Source of the DNA: Acidimicrobiia bacterium
GTDB lineage: Bacteria; Actinomycetota; Acidimicrobiia; Spongiisociales; Spongiisociaceae
Assembly (NCBI GenBank): GCA_041576165.1
Contig: JBFGLM010000055.1
Coordinates: 1-28,820, forward strand
DNA length: 28,820 nt
Reading direction: 5' to 3'
Shown here: positions 1 through 9,910 of the stretch, piece by piece
How positions within the stretch are numbered: position 1 is the stretch's first letter
Layout of the letters: each line of letters opens with the position of its first letter
The notes under the pieces: model-generated
Told to the model about the DNA's origin: nothing
The model's database searches: none
What the model saw: only the letters and a program-made list of their open reading frames with translations
Position numbers and translations under genes: made by a program

Positions 1-100
1 GCGGCAATGCCGCCCACCCGCACCGCACCGACGAGGGTGCTCCGCTTTGGGATCAGAGCCGAACACCGTCGGCGGTGACGCCGAGAGAACGGAAGCGAGA

Positions 101-895
101 ATGCTCGAGGTCTCGAACTTAGAGGTTGTCTACAACGACGTGGTGCTGGTCCTGCGCGGCATATCACTGGAGGTGCCCGACCAGAAGATCGTCGCGTTGC
201 TGGGCGCTAACGGCGCCGGCAAGACCACCGTGTCTCGGGCCGTCACCGGGATCCTGGATGTGCATGAGGGTGACATCACCAAAGGCACCATCGTGTTCAA
301 CGACGTGGAGATCCAGGGGAAAAAGCCGTCCGACATCGTTAAGTCCGGCATCACCATGGTGATGGAGGGGCGCCGCATCTTTGCCGAGCTCACGGTTGAG
401 GAGAATCTTCGAACCGGGGCCTACACGAACCAGTCGAGATCGAACATCGCCCGACAACACGACCGGGTGATGGAGCTTTTCCCTCGGCTGGCGGAGCGAA
501 AGAATGCGACCGCCGGCTACCTCTCGGGCGGCGAACAACAGATGCTGGCCATCGGCCGCGCGCTGATGTCTGATCCGAAGATGATGATCCTCGACGAGCC
601 GTCGTTGGGTCTGGCTCCGATGCTGGTACAGCAGGTGCGCGACATCATCGTCGACATCAACAAGAGCGGCGTTTCGGTGCTGCTCATCGAGCAGAACGCC
701 AACATGGCTCTTTCGATTGCTGACCACGGCTACATCATGGAAACCGGCAAGATGGTGATGGACGGCGAGGCTCAGAAATTGTTGAAGGACGAGGACGTGC
801 AGGAGTTCTATCTCGGCCTCCACGGGGAAGAAGGCGAACGAAAGTCCTTCCGTGACGTCAAGCATTACAAGCGTCGGAAGCGTTGGCTCTCGTGA
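101..895 (+). CDS. livF: Branched-chain amino acid/fatty acid-type ABC transporter ATP-binding protein (LivF family)
   Basis: Walker A GANGAGKT, signature LSGGEQQ, Walker B ILDEP; C-terminal SFRDVKHYKRRKRWLS tail. ATG 101 preferred over TTG 47. Confidence 0.9.
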   Translation: MLEVSNLEVVYNDVVLVLRGISLEVPDQKIVALLGANGAGKTTVSRAVTGILDVHEGDITKGTIVFNDVEIQGKKPSDIVKSGITMVMEGRRIFAELTVEENLRTGAYTNQSRSNIARQHDRVMELFPRLAERKNATAGYLSGGEQQMLAIGRALMSDPKMMILDEPSLGLAPMLVQQVRDIIVDINKSGVSVLLIEQNANMALSIADHGYIMETGKMVMDGEAQKLLKDEDVQEFYLGLHGEEGERKSFRDVKHYKRRKRWLS

Positions 896-951
896 ACGCG
901 CCCGGCTCGTCCACGTCTCGCATTCAGTCATCACCGGGGTCGGAGGACGCA

Positions 952-1821
952 ATGACTGACACCGGCGTGCCGATCGTCGAGGTGGAAGACATCAAGCTGG
1001 CCTTCAAAGGTGTCGTCGCGGTCAACGAGGTCAGCTTCCACGTGAACGAGGGCGAGTTGTTCTCGATCATCGGTCCGAACGGAGCAGGGAAGACCTCGAT
1101 CTTCAACTGCTTGTCCGGTGTCTACAAACCCCAAGAGGGCGACATCCGGTGGCGGGGCGAGTCGATTCTCGCGCTGAAGCCCTTTCAGATCGCCGAGTTG
1201 GGGATGGGACGTACCTTCCAGAACATCGAGCTGTTCGAGCACATGACCGTGCTCGACAATCTGATGACCGGGCGTCACATCAGGATGAGCTCGGGGGTCA
1301 TTGCCAACGCGTTGCACTGGGGCAAGAGCCGCAAAGAAGAACTGGAGAACCGTAACCGGGTCGAGGACATCATCGACTTTCTCGAGATCGAGCAGTGGCG
1401 CAAGTACCCGGTTGGCCTGCTTCCCTACGGCATCCAGAAACGGGTGGAGCTGGGACGAGCGCTGGCTATGGATCCCCAGCTGTTGCTGCTCGACGAGCCC
1501 GTGGCCGGAATGAACCTCGAGGAAACGGAAGACATGGCCCGTTTCATTCTCGATATCCGGGAGGAACTGGGCATCTCGATGATCCTGGTGGAGCATGACA
1601 TGGGGCTGGTCATGGACATCGCCGACCGGGTGATGGTGCTCGACTTCGGCCAGAAGATCGCCGAAGGCGTACCGGCCGAAGTACAGCGAAACCCTGATGT
1701 GATTCGAGCGTATCTGGGTGAGGAGTTCGCTTCTCAGGAACTCCGAGAGGCGGAACGGGCACTGGAAGGCGACGCCATCGAGGCGGCGGAGCCGACCGGG
1801 ACTCCGGCCCCAGATAGCTAG
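952..1821 (+). CDS. livG: ABC transporter ATP-binding protein (LivG family)
   Basis: GPNGAGKT, RTFQN, LPYG signature, LLDEP, VEHDM, AYLG; RBS GGAGG at 942-946 before ATG 952. Confidence 0.9.
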   Translation: MTDTGVPIVEVEDIKLAFKGVVAVNEVSFHVNEGELFSIIGPNGAGKTSIFNCLSGVYKPQEGDIRWRGESILALKPFQIAELGMGRTFQNIELFEHMTVLDNLMTGRHIRMSSGVIANALHWGKSRKEELENRNRVEDIIDFLEIEQWRKYPVGLLPYGIQKRVELGRALAMDPQLLLLDEPVAGMNLEETEDMARFILDIREELGISMILVEHDMGLVMDIADRVMVLDFGQKIAEGVPAEVQRNPDVIRAYLGEEFASQELREAERALEGDAIEAAEPTGTPAPDS

Positions 1822-1999
1822 CCGGCGCCATCCGGCCGCGGACCGCCCCTCCCGCACAAGCCGGGTCTCAGCGGGGTGCCGCTTGTACCCTGACTGTCGC
1901 GCAATCGAGACTCGCTTCAAGCAGGGCGCGGGCGATGAGGGAGTAGGCGACGTGGCGCTAACCAGGCCGGTCGGGACTTTTTGGGGCCGGCTCCCTGCG

Positions 2000-3070
2000 A
2001 TGATCCCCCGGCCCGTGAAGGGCGGGGTTCGCAGCGGGTATGTGGCGCTCCTGGCCCTCGCGTTCGTCACCGCCTGCACGTCGACTACGGGTGGGCAGGC
2101 CGAGCCGGTGCCGGAGGCGCCGACCACGACTTCGAGCCTGGTGATTGAGCCAACCGCGACCACCCCACCTCCGCCGCGCCTGCTGGTCGACGTGGGTGTG
2201 GACCTGGAAAACGGTGTCATCATTGCGGCGGTGGTCATGCCGTCGGCGGCGGCCCTGGCAGGGCACCAGGCTTACTGGGCATCGGTGAACCTGGATCTCG
2301 GTGGGGTGGGCGGCGAGCTGGACGTGGAGCTCTTCGAGCGAGAAACCGCCGACGCCGCCTTCACGTCCAATGTGGCGGTGATCTCGCTCGACCAGGGAGC
2401 GGTCGAACCGGTCGGTCCGATCTTTGCGATGGCGCCCACCCAGACGATCGATTCGGTTGCGGCCGGCCGCACCCTCGATGCGACCCGACCGACGCTGGGA
2501 GCCGTGGTGTCGGCTGCCTCGCAGCTGGCCCTCGACGCAGATTTTGTTGCCGAAGGCACACTGGGGGTCGTGGCAGGAGCGTCCTGTCCGTTCGATCCGA
2601 TGACGTACCAGCTCACCGAGGGCGCCGGGGCTGACTTCGTTCTGGTGTGCGGGACCCCTGCGGAAGCCGTGGCGGCCCTGGCCGATATCGACGGCGTCGT
2701 GTTCCTCACCTACGAGGCCTGGTCGCCAGACATAGCCGCTGAACTGCCGGAAGACACCTACGTACTCGGGGCCGTACCTGAGCCGGGGACAGACGCGCCG
2801 GCGGCGGAGATTCTGGCGACGGTGGCCGATGAGCAGCCGTGGGACCCGGAATTCGTGCGCGGGTATACGGCAGCTTTGACCACCCATCTCGCGTTGGAGC
2901 GGGCGTACGCGGCGGGGGATCTCACCCGCGCCGGTGTGCAGACCGCCGCCCGCACCATGGATGACGCAGATCCGGGCTTTGGCCCGCGCGATTCGGTGAC
3001 GGTGGCGGTCCCCGACGAGGACAGCCCGAGCGGACTGCGCACCGTCGACCGCATCGATGCCGACCAATGA
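2000..3070 (+). CDS. Lipoprotein, probable divergent ABC substrate-binding protein (periplasmic binding protein type 1-like)
   Basis: Hydrophobic signal with lipobox VTAC, Thr/Pro linker, YWASVN..GGVGG and LERAYAAGDLTRAG segments reminiscent of Liv-type SBPs. Start uncertain (ATG 2000 or GTG 2015). Confidence 0.55.
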   Translation: MIPRPVKGGVRSGYVALLALAFVTACTSTTGGQAEPVPEAPTTTSSLVIEPTATTPPPPRLLVDVGVDLENGVIIAAVVMPSAAALAGHQAYWASVNLDLGGVGGELDVELFERETADAAFTSNVAVISLDQGAVEPVGPIFAMAPTQTIDSVAAGRTLDATRPTLGAVVSAASQLALDADFVAEGTLGVVAGASCPFDPMTYQLTEGAGADFVLVCGTPAEAVAALADIDGVVFLTYEAWSPDIAAELPEDTYVLGAVPEPGTDAPAAEILATVADEQPWDPEFVRGYTAALTTHLALERAYAAGDLTRAGVQTAARTMDDADPGFGPRDSVTVAVPDEDSPSGLRTVDRIDADQ

Positions 3071-3158
3071 TCACAGACCCAGCCGGCTCGGTTGAGAAGG
3101 CCGAGAAGCTCGCAATCGACTCAGAACAATTTCGCTCCGGCGGTAGCATCAGGGCCAG

Positions 3159-4226
3159 ATGGACACCTCGACCCGCCTCCCCACCCCGGTAACGCAGTCC
3201 CAGCCCGTTCAGCGACATTTCCCGCGCTGGCCGGCTGCCCTGCTCGTAGGGCTCGTACTGACAGGTGCGCTGATCGTGGCCGCCTGGCAGGTGACCATTC
3301 CGTATTTCGCTCTCTCACCCGGCCCGGTTGAAGAAGTCGATGATCTGATCGAGATTCCGGGCGAGACAGTTTTCGACAGCACCGGGGGGCTGCTGATGCT
3401 CACCGTGTCGCTGCAAGAGGTCAATGTGTTCGAGTACACGCAGGGCTTGTTCGATCCGGCGATAGATCTGGTCGAACGTGAGGTCATCCGGCCTGCCGAT
3501 GTCTCCCCGGACCAGTTCCGTCGGGCCAATCGGGAGGCCATGCAGGACTCCAAGGACACTGCCATTGCGGTCGCGCTCGGTTACCTGGGTTACGACGTGA
3601 CGCTGCAGGGTGAGGGAGTCTATGTCGCCGCGGTCCTGGAAGACACCCCGGCCGAAGGCGCCCTGCGGGCGGGTGACGTGATCACAGAGGTCAACGGCGT
3701 GCCGGTCATGCTCAGAGATGACGGGATCGGCGAGATCGTCAAGAACAACATCGGCGATACGATCACCCTCAAGGTGGACCGGGACGGTGAGATTCTCGAT
3801 GTCGATGTACGGCTCATCGAGCACACCACCAATCCCGGCCAGCCGATGGTCGGGTTCGAGGCGCAAACACACAACGAGACGCTCGAGCTGCCCTTCGATG
3901 TGGACATCGACACCCAGAACATCGGCGGGCCCTCTGCCGGGCTCATGTACGCCTTGGCGATCATCGACCTGCTGTCCGAGGAGGACCTCACCGGCGGGGT
4001 CGTGGTCGCCGGCACCGACACGATCAACTCATCGGGTGATGTCGGCGCAATCGGTGGTGTCCGCCAGAAGGTGGTGGCGGCCGAGGCGGCTGGCGCGACT
4101 GTGATGCTGGTGCCGAGATCCAACCTCGATGAGGCCCAGACCGCGCCTTCCAACGGGATCGAGCTCATCCCGGTATCGACACTCGACGAGGCGATCCAGG
4201 CGCTCCAGCAGCGAGCGGCCGCCTGA
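3159..4226 (+). CDS. YlbL/SdrC family PDZ domain + Lon-like (S16) protease
   Basis: N-terminal TM then PY..SPGP, PDZ (TPAEGALRAGDVITEVNG), catalytic IGGPSAG and IGGVRQK. Confidence 0.9.
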   Translation: MDTSTRLPTPVTQSQPVQRHFPRWPAALLVGLVLTGALIVAAWQVTIPYFALSPGPVEEVDDLIEIPGETVFDSTGGLLMLTVSLQEVNVFEYTQGLFDPAIDLVEREVIRPADVSPDQFRRANREAMQDSKDTAIAVALGYLGYDVTLQGEGVYVAAVLEDTPAEGALRAGDVITEVNGVPVMLRDDGIGEIVKNNIGDTITLKVDRDGEILDVDVRLIEHTTNPGQPMVGFEAQTHNETLELPFDVDIDTQNIGGPSAGLMYALAIIDLLSEEDLTGGVVVAGTDTINSSGDVGAIGGVRQKVVAAEAAGATVMLVPRSNLDEAQTAPSNGIELIPVSTLDEAIQALQQRAAA

Positions 4227-4270
4227 CAACGGTGTGATTGCCGCGGCAAACGGCGGTATCGTTTGAGATC

Positions 4271-6271
4271 ATGGCTTCCCCGGGCGCGCAGGACGACATA
4301 ACCGCCGTCGATTTCAGCCGGGCTCTACGCGGCTACGACCCGGCCGAGGTTCGCGCGTATCTGGCTGATCTCGCGGAACGGGTTGAGGCACTCCAGCGAC
4401 AGCACGCGACGGCGCTCGCAAGCCTGGCGGAATACGGCGAACGTGATCGATCGGAACAAATCGACGAACTCACTGCGGACATCAACCGCATCCTCCACGC
4501 CGCCCAGAGCGCTGCGGAGAAGCTGACCGCTCGCACCGAGGCGGAGACCGTCGAGCTGTGCCTGAGCGCCGAACGTCAGGCCAATGAGACCGTCGCCACA
4601 GCCGAGGCCGACGCCTACGCCCTCCGCAAGGACGCGTGGGAAATGGCGGCCAAGTTGCTGGATGATGTGGTTTCCCATGTCGCCGACGTACGTAAGCAGG
4701 CCGACGCCGAGGCGCTCGAGATCATCGGCGAAGCAGAGCGCACTGCGCACCGGCGCCTGGCTGCCGCCCGCCGGGACGCCGAAAACCAGCTCCGGGTAGC
4801 CCGGCTCGAAGGTGAGCGCATCCGAGTGGACGCCCAGGGGGAACGCGACGAGCTGCTCGAGAACGCGCGTCTCGCCTCCGAAGCCGCCCAGGAGCGGACC
4901 CGGGCACTGGAGAAGAGGCGCGACGAGCTGCTGGCCGACATCGAGCGGCTGCAGCTGGAGGGTGTGCGGGACGCACCCGGCGATGTGGCATCGACGACGG
5001 TGAGGGTGGTCCGCAACCACGAGCCAGGGGTCGAGACGGCCGCGGAAGAGTCCTCGGATGCGGTGCGCATCATCGGCCCCCCTGCCAGCGCTCGCTGGGC
5101 GGACGGGACCGAGAACGTGCGCCTGGTCCAACCGCCGTCCAAAGACGACGTTGAGTTTCTGGACGGCGACAGCATTGCCGACGAGGTGCGCCGGCTGCGC
5201 GACGCGGGAGAAGCCGAATCAACCGCGGAAGATGGCGCCGCGGCGCCCCCGGTCCCCACCGGTCCACAACCTGACGCCGTACCGCCGCCGGTGGACCAGC
5301 AGGCAGACGAGGATTCCCCGGAGGAAACCCCCGCCGTCGAGCCGGCGCCGGCTGAGGTCGATCTGACAGATGGAATGGACGCAACGCTTCTAGCCGGGTC
5401 GGAGTCGGCGGGTGCGCCCGGCGACGACCAGCTGGTGGCCGGCCAGGAAACACCCGTGTCCGACGAGGAGACGGCCGAGATCGACGATCTGTTCAGCCAG
5501 CTCCGGCGGTCCAGGCCGGACCAGCCGCACCGACCGCCGCCGGTGGTGGAGATCGTGTCTGACCGGGTCGCCCCCGAGGACATGGGAACTGAGGTCTCGG
5601 AGGAAACCCCGTTAGAGGATCTCGTTCCGCCCGAGCCAGTTGATCCCCTCGAGATTCGCGACCGGCTGCTCCTGCCGATCACCAATCGAGTCCTACGGGC
5701 CGTGAAACGTCAGCTGAGCGACGGGCAGAACGTCGCGTTGGAAGGGCTGCGCCTTGACCCCGATGGATGGTCGCCGCAGTCGGACGAGTTTGTGGCGACA
5801 ATCGGGCCCGACTGCTCCATCCTGGAGAGCGAGGCTTTCGGAGCGGGTGCGGCCGCCGCAGCGGAGCTCCTCGGGAGCAATAACCCTCGGCCCAAAGCCG
5901 TGGGCCTGGATGGAAATGCCGCGGCCCGGCTGGCCCAGATGCTGGAGGACCAGGTCGTCGAGGCGTTGGATGAGGGGCGCCGGGCAGGGCACAACGTGCG
6001 TGACCTTTCCGCCACGGTGTCGCGCGTATATCGCGCGTGGCGGACAGATCACGCCGAGCGGGAGATCAGGTCTACCGCGACCGCCGCGTACCACCAGGGG
6101 ATGCGGGCGGCCTACGCCGAGGCCGGAGTCGACAAGCTCCGGCTGGTGATCGCCGGAGCCGGCTGCGTCGATTGCCGGGCCGCGGCCGAGCATCTGGTCG
6201 ACCCATCCGACCCGGCCGGTCCGCTGCCGCCGCTGCACGAACGGTGCTCCTGCACGGTCGTGCACAACTGA
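4271..6271 (+). CDS. DivIVA-domain coiled-coil protein with C-terminal phage Mu gpF (MuF)-like domain
   Basis: N-term DITAVDFSRALRGYDPAEVRAYL (DivIVA), long Ala/Glu/Arg coiled coil, acidic Pro-rich linker, C-term AYHQG..YAEAGV..GCVDC..PPLHERCSC. Confidence 0.8.
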   Translation: MASPGAQDDITAVDFSRALRGYDPAEVRAYLADLAERVEALQRQHATALASLAEYGERDRSEQIDELTADINRILHAAQSAAEKLTARTEAETVELCLSAERQANETVATAEADAYALRKDAWEMAAKLLDDVVSHVADVRKQADAEALEIIGEAERTAHRRLAAARRDAENQLRVARLEGERIRVDAQGERDELLENARLASEAAQERTRALEKRRDELLADIERLQLEGVRDAPGDVASTTVRVVRNHEPGVETAAEESSDAVRIIGPPASARWADGTENVRLVQPPSKDDVEFLDGDSIADEVRRLRDAGEAESTAEDGAAAPPVPTGPQPDAVPPPVDQQADEDSPEETPAVEPAPAEVDLTDGMDATLLAGSESAGAPGDDQLVAGQETPVSDEETAEIDDLFSQLRRSRPDQPHRPPPVVEIVSDRVAPEDMGTEVSEETPLEDLVPPEPVDPLEIRDRLLLPITNRVLRAVKRQLSDGQNVALEGLRLDPDGWSPQSDEFVATIGPDCSILESEAFGAGAAAAAELLGSNNPRPKAVGLDGNAAARLAQMLEDQVVEALDEGRRAGHNVRDLSATVSRVYRAWRTDHAEREIRSTATAAYHQGMRAAYAEAGVDKLRLVIAGAGCVDCRAAAEHLVDPSDPAGPLPPLHERCSCTVVHN

Positions 6272-6378
6272 ACACCGCCACCACACCGTCCTCGATCAAT
6301 AACGCCTGGCAGGCGAGGCTGTTCGCCGCTTAACGCTGTGGCTTCATAGAATGCGGGGCCGCATCCTTTGGTGGAATC

Positions 6379-9270
6379 ATGATTAATCAAGAGCCGTCTG
6401 AGTCAGCACCTCGGGTGCCGCGAGCTGGCGGTCGCCGTGGCCTGACGATCCTGATCGTGATCGTGCTGGCGCTCCTGCTGACCCTGCGAGGCATCGCAAC
6501 GCTCTGGACCGAGTTCCTGTGGTTCACCTCGGTCGGCGCCACGTCCGTGTGGGGCACCCTGCTGGCATCTCGCATCGCGCTGGCCGTGCTGGCGTCAGTC
6601 GTTGCATTCGGATTCGTGTGGGCCAATCTCATCCTCTCCGATCGCCTCTCGCCTCGCTTCCAGATTGTCGACCTGGGCGCCGAAGAGGAGCTGGTTGAAC
6701 GGTTCCAGGAGTGGGTCGAGCCCCGGGTGGGGAAGGTCCGGTTCGGCCTCGCCACACTGTTCGGCATCATGATCGGACTGGGGGCCTCCGCCTGGTGGGA
6801 GGACGCGCTGCTGTTCTTCAACCGGGAGTCGTTCGGCCAGGTCGACCCTGTCTTCAACCTCGATATCGGCTTCTACGTCTTCCAGTTGCCGTTCCTCCGC
6901 GACCTCTTCTCCTGGCTGTTCCAGCTGGTGGTCGTCACCACGCTGCTGGTGGCCGCGCTGCACTATCTCAATGGCGGAATCCGGCTGCGTCAGGGCCGCC
7001 GGCCGGATGTCTCCGACGGGGTCAAGGCCCATCTGTCGATCCTGCTGGCCGTCCTTGCGTTGCTCAAAGCCGGCGCCTACCGCTTGGACAGCTACGAGCT
7101 GCTGTACTCGGGCCGGGGTGCCGTGTTCGGTGCCTCGTTCACGGATGTGCGGGCCCACCTGCCGGCTCTGACGTTGCTGATCCTGATTTCGATCACCGCG
7201 GCAGTGCTGTTGCTGCTCAATCTGCGCCGCCGCGGTTGGACGCTGCCGGTGGTAGCCGGGGCGCTGTGGTTGGTCGTCTCGGTCATCGTCGGCGGCGTGA
7301 TACCGGCGCTGATCCAGCGTTTCCAGGTCCTGCCGAACGAGTTGAACCGCGAACGCGAGTTCATCCAGGACCACATCGAGTTCACTCTCGACGCATACGC
7401 GCTGGACGAAACGCGTCTTCGCACCGAGCAGTTCGCTGCCAACACGGAGCTGACCGCGAACGATCTCGCCGCCAACCAGGAGACAATCGACAACGTCAGG
7501 CTGTGGGACCCGGGCGTTCTCACCGCGACATATCAGCAGCTTCAGGAAATCCGGACCTACTACCAGTTGCCGAACGTGGACGTGGATCGCTACATGATCG
7601 ACGACCAATTGACGCAGGTCATGGTGGCGGCGCGGGAGCTGGACGGAGACGACCTACCGGCCGAAGGCTGGGTCAACGAGCGTCTCGTCTACACCCACGG
7701 TTTCGGGCAGGTCATCAGCCCCGCCAACGCCGCTAATCCGACGACCGGTGAGCCGGCGTTCCTCGTCCGAGATGTGCCGCCCCGCAGCACGGCTGACGAG
7801 CTGACGACCGAGCAACCCCGCATCTATTTCGGGGAGACGGCCGGCCGGGACGACTTCGTCATCGTGCGCACCCAACAGCCCGAGGTCGATTTCCCGGCAG
7901 GTGAGAGCGAAACCCAGGTCGTCCGCAACACATACGACGGAGCCGGGGGCGTGCCAATCGGTGATCTGCTGCGTCGGGCCGCCTTCGCGTTGCGTTACGG
8001 CGATCTCAATACCCTGATTTCGCCCGAGCTGACCGGCGAATCCCGGATGTTGATGGTCCGCAACATCGTCGAGCGCCTCGAACGCATCGCACCGCTGCTC
8101 CATGCTGACAACGACCCCTACCTCACCCTGGTCGATGGGCGACTGCTGTGGATCGTGGACCTCTACTCGACGTCCGATCGTTATCCGTATTCGCAGCCGG
8201 CCATCGACTCCCGACTTGCCACCACCTCTGGGCTGCCGCGCCGGTTCAACTACATCCGCAACTCGGTCAAGGCGGTGGTGGATGCCTACGACGGCACCAT
8301 GACCCTCTATGTGATCGACGACGAAGATCCGCTCGTGCGGGCATATTCGAACATCTTTCCGGACGTCTTCACGCCGGGCGATCAGATACCCGAGGAGATA
8401 CGCGAGCACCTGCGGTACCCAGAGGACATGTTCCGGGTGCAGAGCGATATGTGGGCGATCTATCACCAGCAGGACCCGGACGTGTGGTTCAACTCCGAGG
8501 ACATCTGGGACATACCCGCCGACCCATCTACGTCGGATCGGTTGGAGACGCTGCGGGGCGCGGCCACCGAACGCCCCACTATCCCTTATTACTTGTTGAT
8601 GAAGCTGCCGGGCGAGGATCAGCTCTCATATCTGGCGCTGCAGTCGTTCAACCCCGCCAACCGCCCCAACATGACGTCCTTCTTGGTGGCGCTCTCCGAT
8701 CCAGGCCGGTACGGAGAGATCATCAACTACCAGCTGCCTAGAGGGGCGTTGATCAACGGACCCGCCCAGGTGGGCGCTCGGATCAATCAGGACCCCGAGA
8801 TCAGTCAGCAATTCACCCTGCTGGGCCAGCAGGGCTCTGATGTGATCCAGGGCAACCTGTTGGTGGTCCCGATCGAGGAATCGATCGTCTACATCCAGCC
8901 GATATATCTCGTCGGTGAGCAGCTGCAACTTCCCGAGTTCAAACGGGTCGTGGTCGTATTCGGGGACCGATCACCGGTGATGCGCGAGACGCTCGACGAG
9001 TCGCTGTCTGTCGTGTTCGGGACCGCGCAGGAGCCGCCACCCGACGAAGGCGAGCAACCGGTCGAGCCGCCTGACGACGGTGTGCTCACCGTGCCCGAGA
9101 CAGTCGAAGAACTGGTCGTGGAAATCGACCGGCTCTTGACTGAGGCGAACGCCGCCCTGGCCCGGGCGGATCTGGGTGAATACCAACGTTTGGTCGAGGA
9201 GGCCCGAGCGCTGACTGACCAACTGCGAGAGCAGGTGGCGCCGGTCACCGAGGAGGCAACCGGCGCCTGA
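6379..9270 (+). CDS. UPF0182 family membrane protein
   Basis: Family motifs LWF, DPVFNLDIGFYVFQLPF, NVRLWD, DVDRY, YTHGFG, PRIYFGE, NYIRNSVKAVVDAYDG, HLRYP; about 9 N-terminal TM segments. Confidence 0.95.
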   Translation: MINQEPSESAPRVPRAGGRRGLTILIVIVLALLLTLRGIATLWTEFLWFTSVGATSVWGTLLASRIALAVLASVVAFGFVWANLILSDRLSPRFQIVDLGAEEELVERFQEWVEPRVGKVRFGLATLFGIMIGLGASAWWEDALLFFNRESFGQVDPVFNLDIGFYVFQLPFLRDLFSWLFQLVVVTTLLVAALHYLNGGIRLRQGRRPDVSDGVKAHLSILLAVLALLKAGAYRLDSYELLYSGRGAVFGASFTDVRAHLPALTLLILISITAAVLLLLNLRRRGWTLPVVAGALWLVVSVIVGGVIPALIQRFQVLPNELNREREFIQDHIEFTLDAYALDETRLRTEQFAANTELTANDLAANQETIDNVRLWDPGVLTATYQQLQEIRTYYQLPNVDVDRYMIDDQLTQVMVAARELDGDDLPAEGWVNERLVYTHGFGQVISPANAANPTTGEPAFLVRDVPPRSTADELTTEQPRIYFGETAGRDDFVIVRTQQPEVDFPAGESETQVVRNTYDGAGGVPIGDLLRRAAFALRYGDLNTLISPELTGESRMLMVRNIVERLERIAPLLHADNDPYLTLVDGRLLWIVDLYSTSDRYPYSQPAIDSRLATTSGLPRRFNYIRNSVKAVVDAYDGTMTLYVIDDEDPLVRAYSNIFPDVFTPGDQIPEEIREHLRYPEDMFRVQSDMWAIYHQQDPDVWFNSEDIWDIPADPSTSDRLETLRGAATERPTIPYYLLMKLPGEDQLSYLALQSFNPANRPNMTSFLVALSDPGRYGEIINYQLPRGALINGPAQVGARINQDPEISQQFTLLGQQGSDVIQGNLLVVPIEESIVYIQPIYLVGEQLQLPEFKRVVVVFGDRSPVMRETLDESLSVVFGTAQEPPPDEGEQPVEPPDDGVLTVPETVEELVVEIDRLLTEANAALARADLGEYQRLVEEARALTDQLREQVAPVTEEATGA

Positions 9271-9290
9271 GCTGGTGGATGGCGGTTGGC

Positions 9291-9764
9291 TCAGCCGGTG
9301 AACGCCGTCTCGAACGCCGTGCGTAGCTCAGCCGTCGACTCACCGCTGTATCCGCAGTAGTTGACAACGCCGTCGGCGGCGGTGATCAGGTACTGGGTGC
9401 CGGGACGGAAGTCGATGCCGCCGATCAACGCTTCGAGCCCAAGCGGGGCAGTGAGCTGGACCGTGTCGGCGTCACCGCCGCGGAACCAGCGATCGACGCT
9501 CAGGGTGACGATCTCGCCGCTGACGGCGGTGGAGGTACCCTCGAAGGCGACCTCCATGTCGGCCAGGATGGCGATGTCGAACGCCAGGCAAGACGCCAAG
9601 CCCGGCGACTCGCCCAGCGATAGCTGTACGGGCGGGAGCGTTTCGGACTCGGTTCCTCGATCGGCCGCGTTCGCGGCCCACAGGATCCCTGCCACAGCGA
9701 GTGCGGCAACCAGCGCAACGGCGATGAGTCGCCCGGGACGGCTGGCGATGATGGTGCGGGTCAA
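9291..9764 (-). CDS. Exported/membrane-anchored hypothetical protein, TIMP/NTR-like pattern
   Basis: RBS AAGGAG 6 nt before TTG 9764; N-terminal TM; SC..AFEGT..VDRWFRG..F.PG.QYLI..NYCGYS with two Cys. Confidence 0.7.
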   Translation of the reverse strand: MTRTIIASRPGRLIAVALVAALAVAGILWAANAADRGTESETLPPVQLSLGESPGLASCLAFDIAILADMEVAFEGTSTAVSGEIVTLSVDRWFRGGDADTVQLTAPLGLEALIGGIDFRPGTQYLITAADGVVNYCGYSGESTAELRTAFETAFTG

Positions 9765-9910
9765 GCCCAACTCCTTGTTTAGATGCGTGCGGCGCATGGC
9801 CGCTGTTTGCGATGTTCGATCAGACGTTCGGCGTGTTACAGAGGTTCCCGACTTGCCCACCTGCGTGCCCCGGCGCGGGTGACGTGGGCGAAGCCTCTAG
9901 CCTGGAGGTG

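Noticed and set aside
164-9248. Long antisense and alternate-frame ORFs such as 931-2238, 4615-5685, 6595-7608, 6711-7736
   Set aside because: Shadow ORFs typical of high-GC DNA overlapping well-supported genes.
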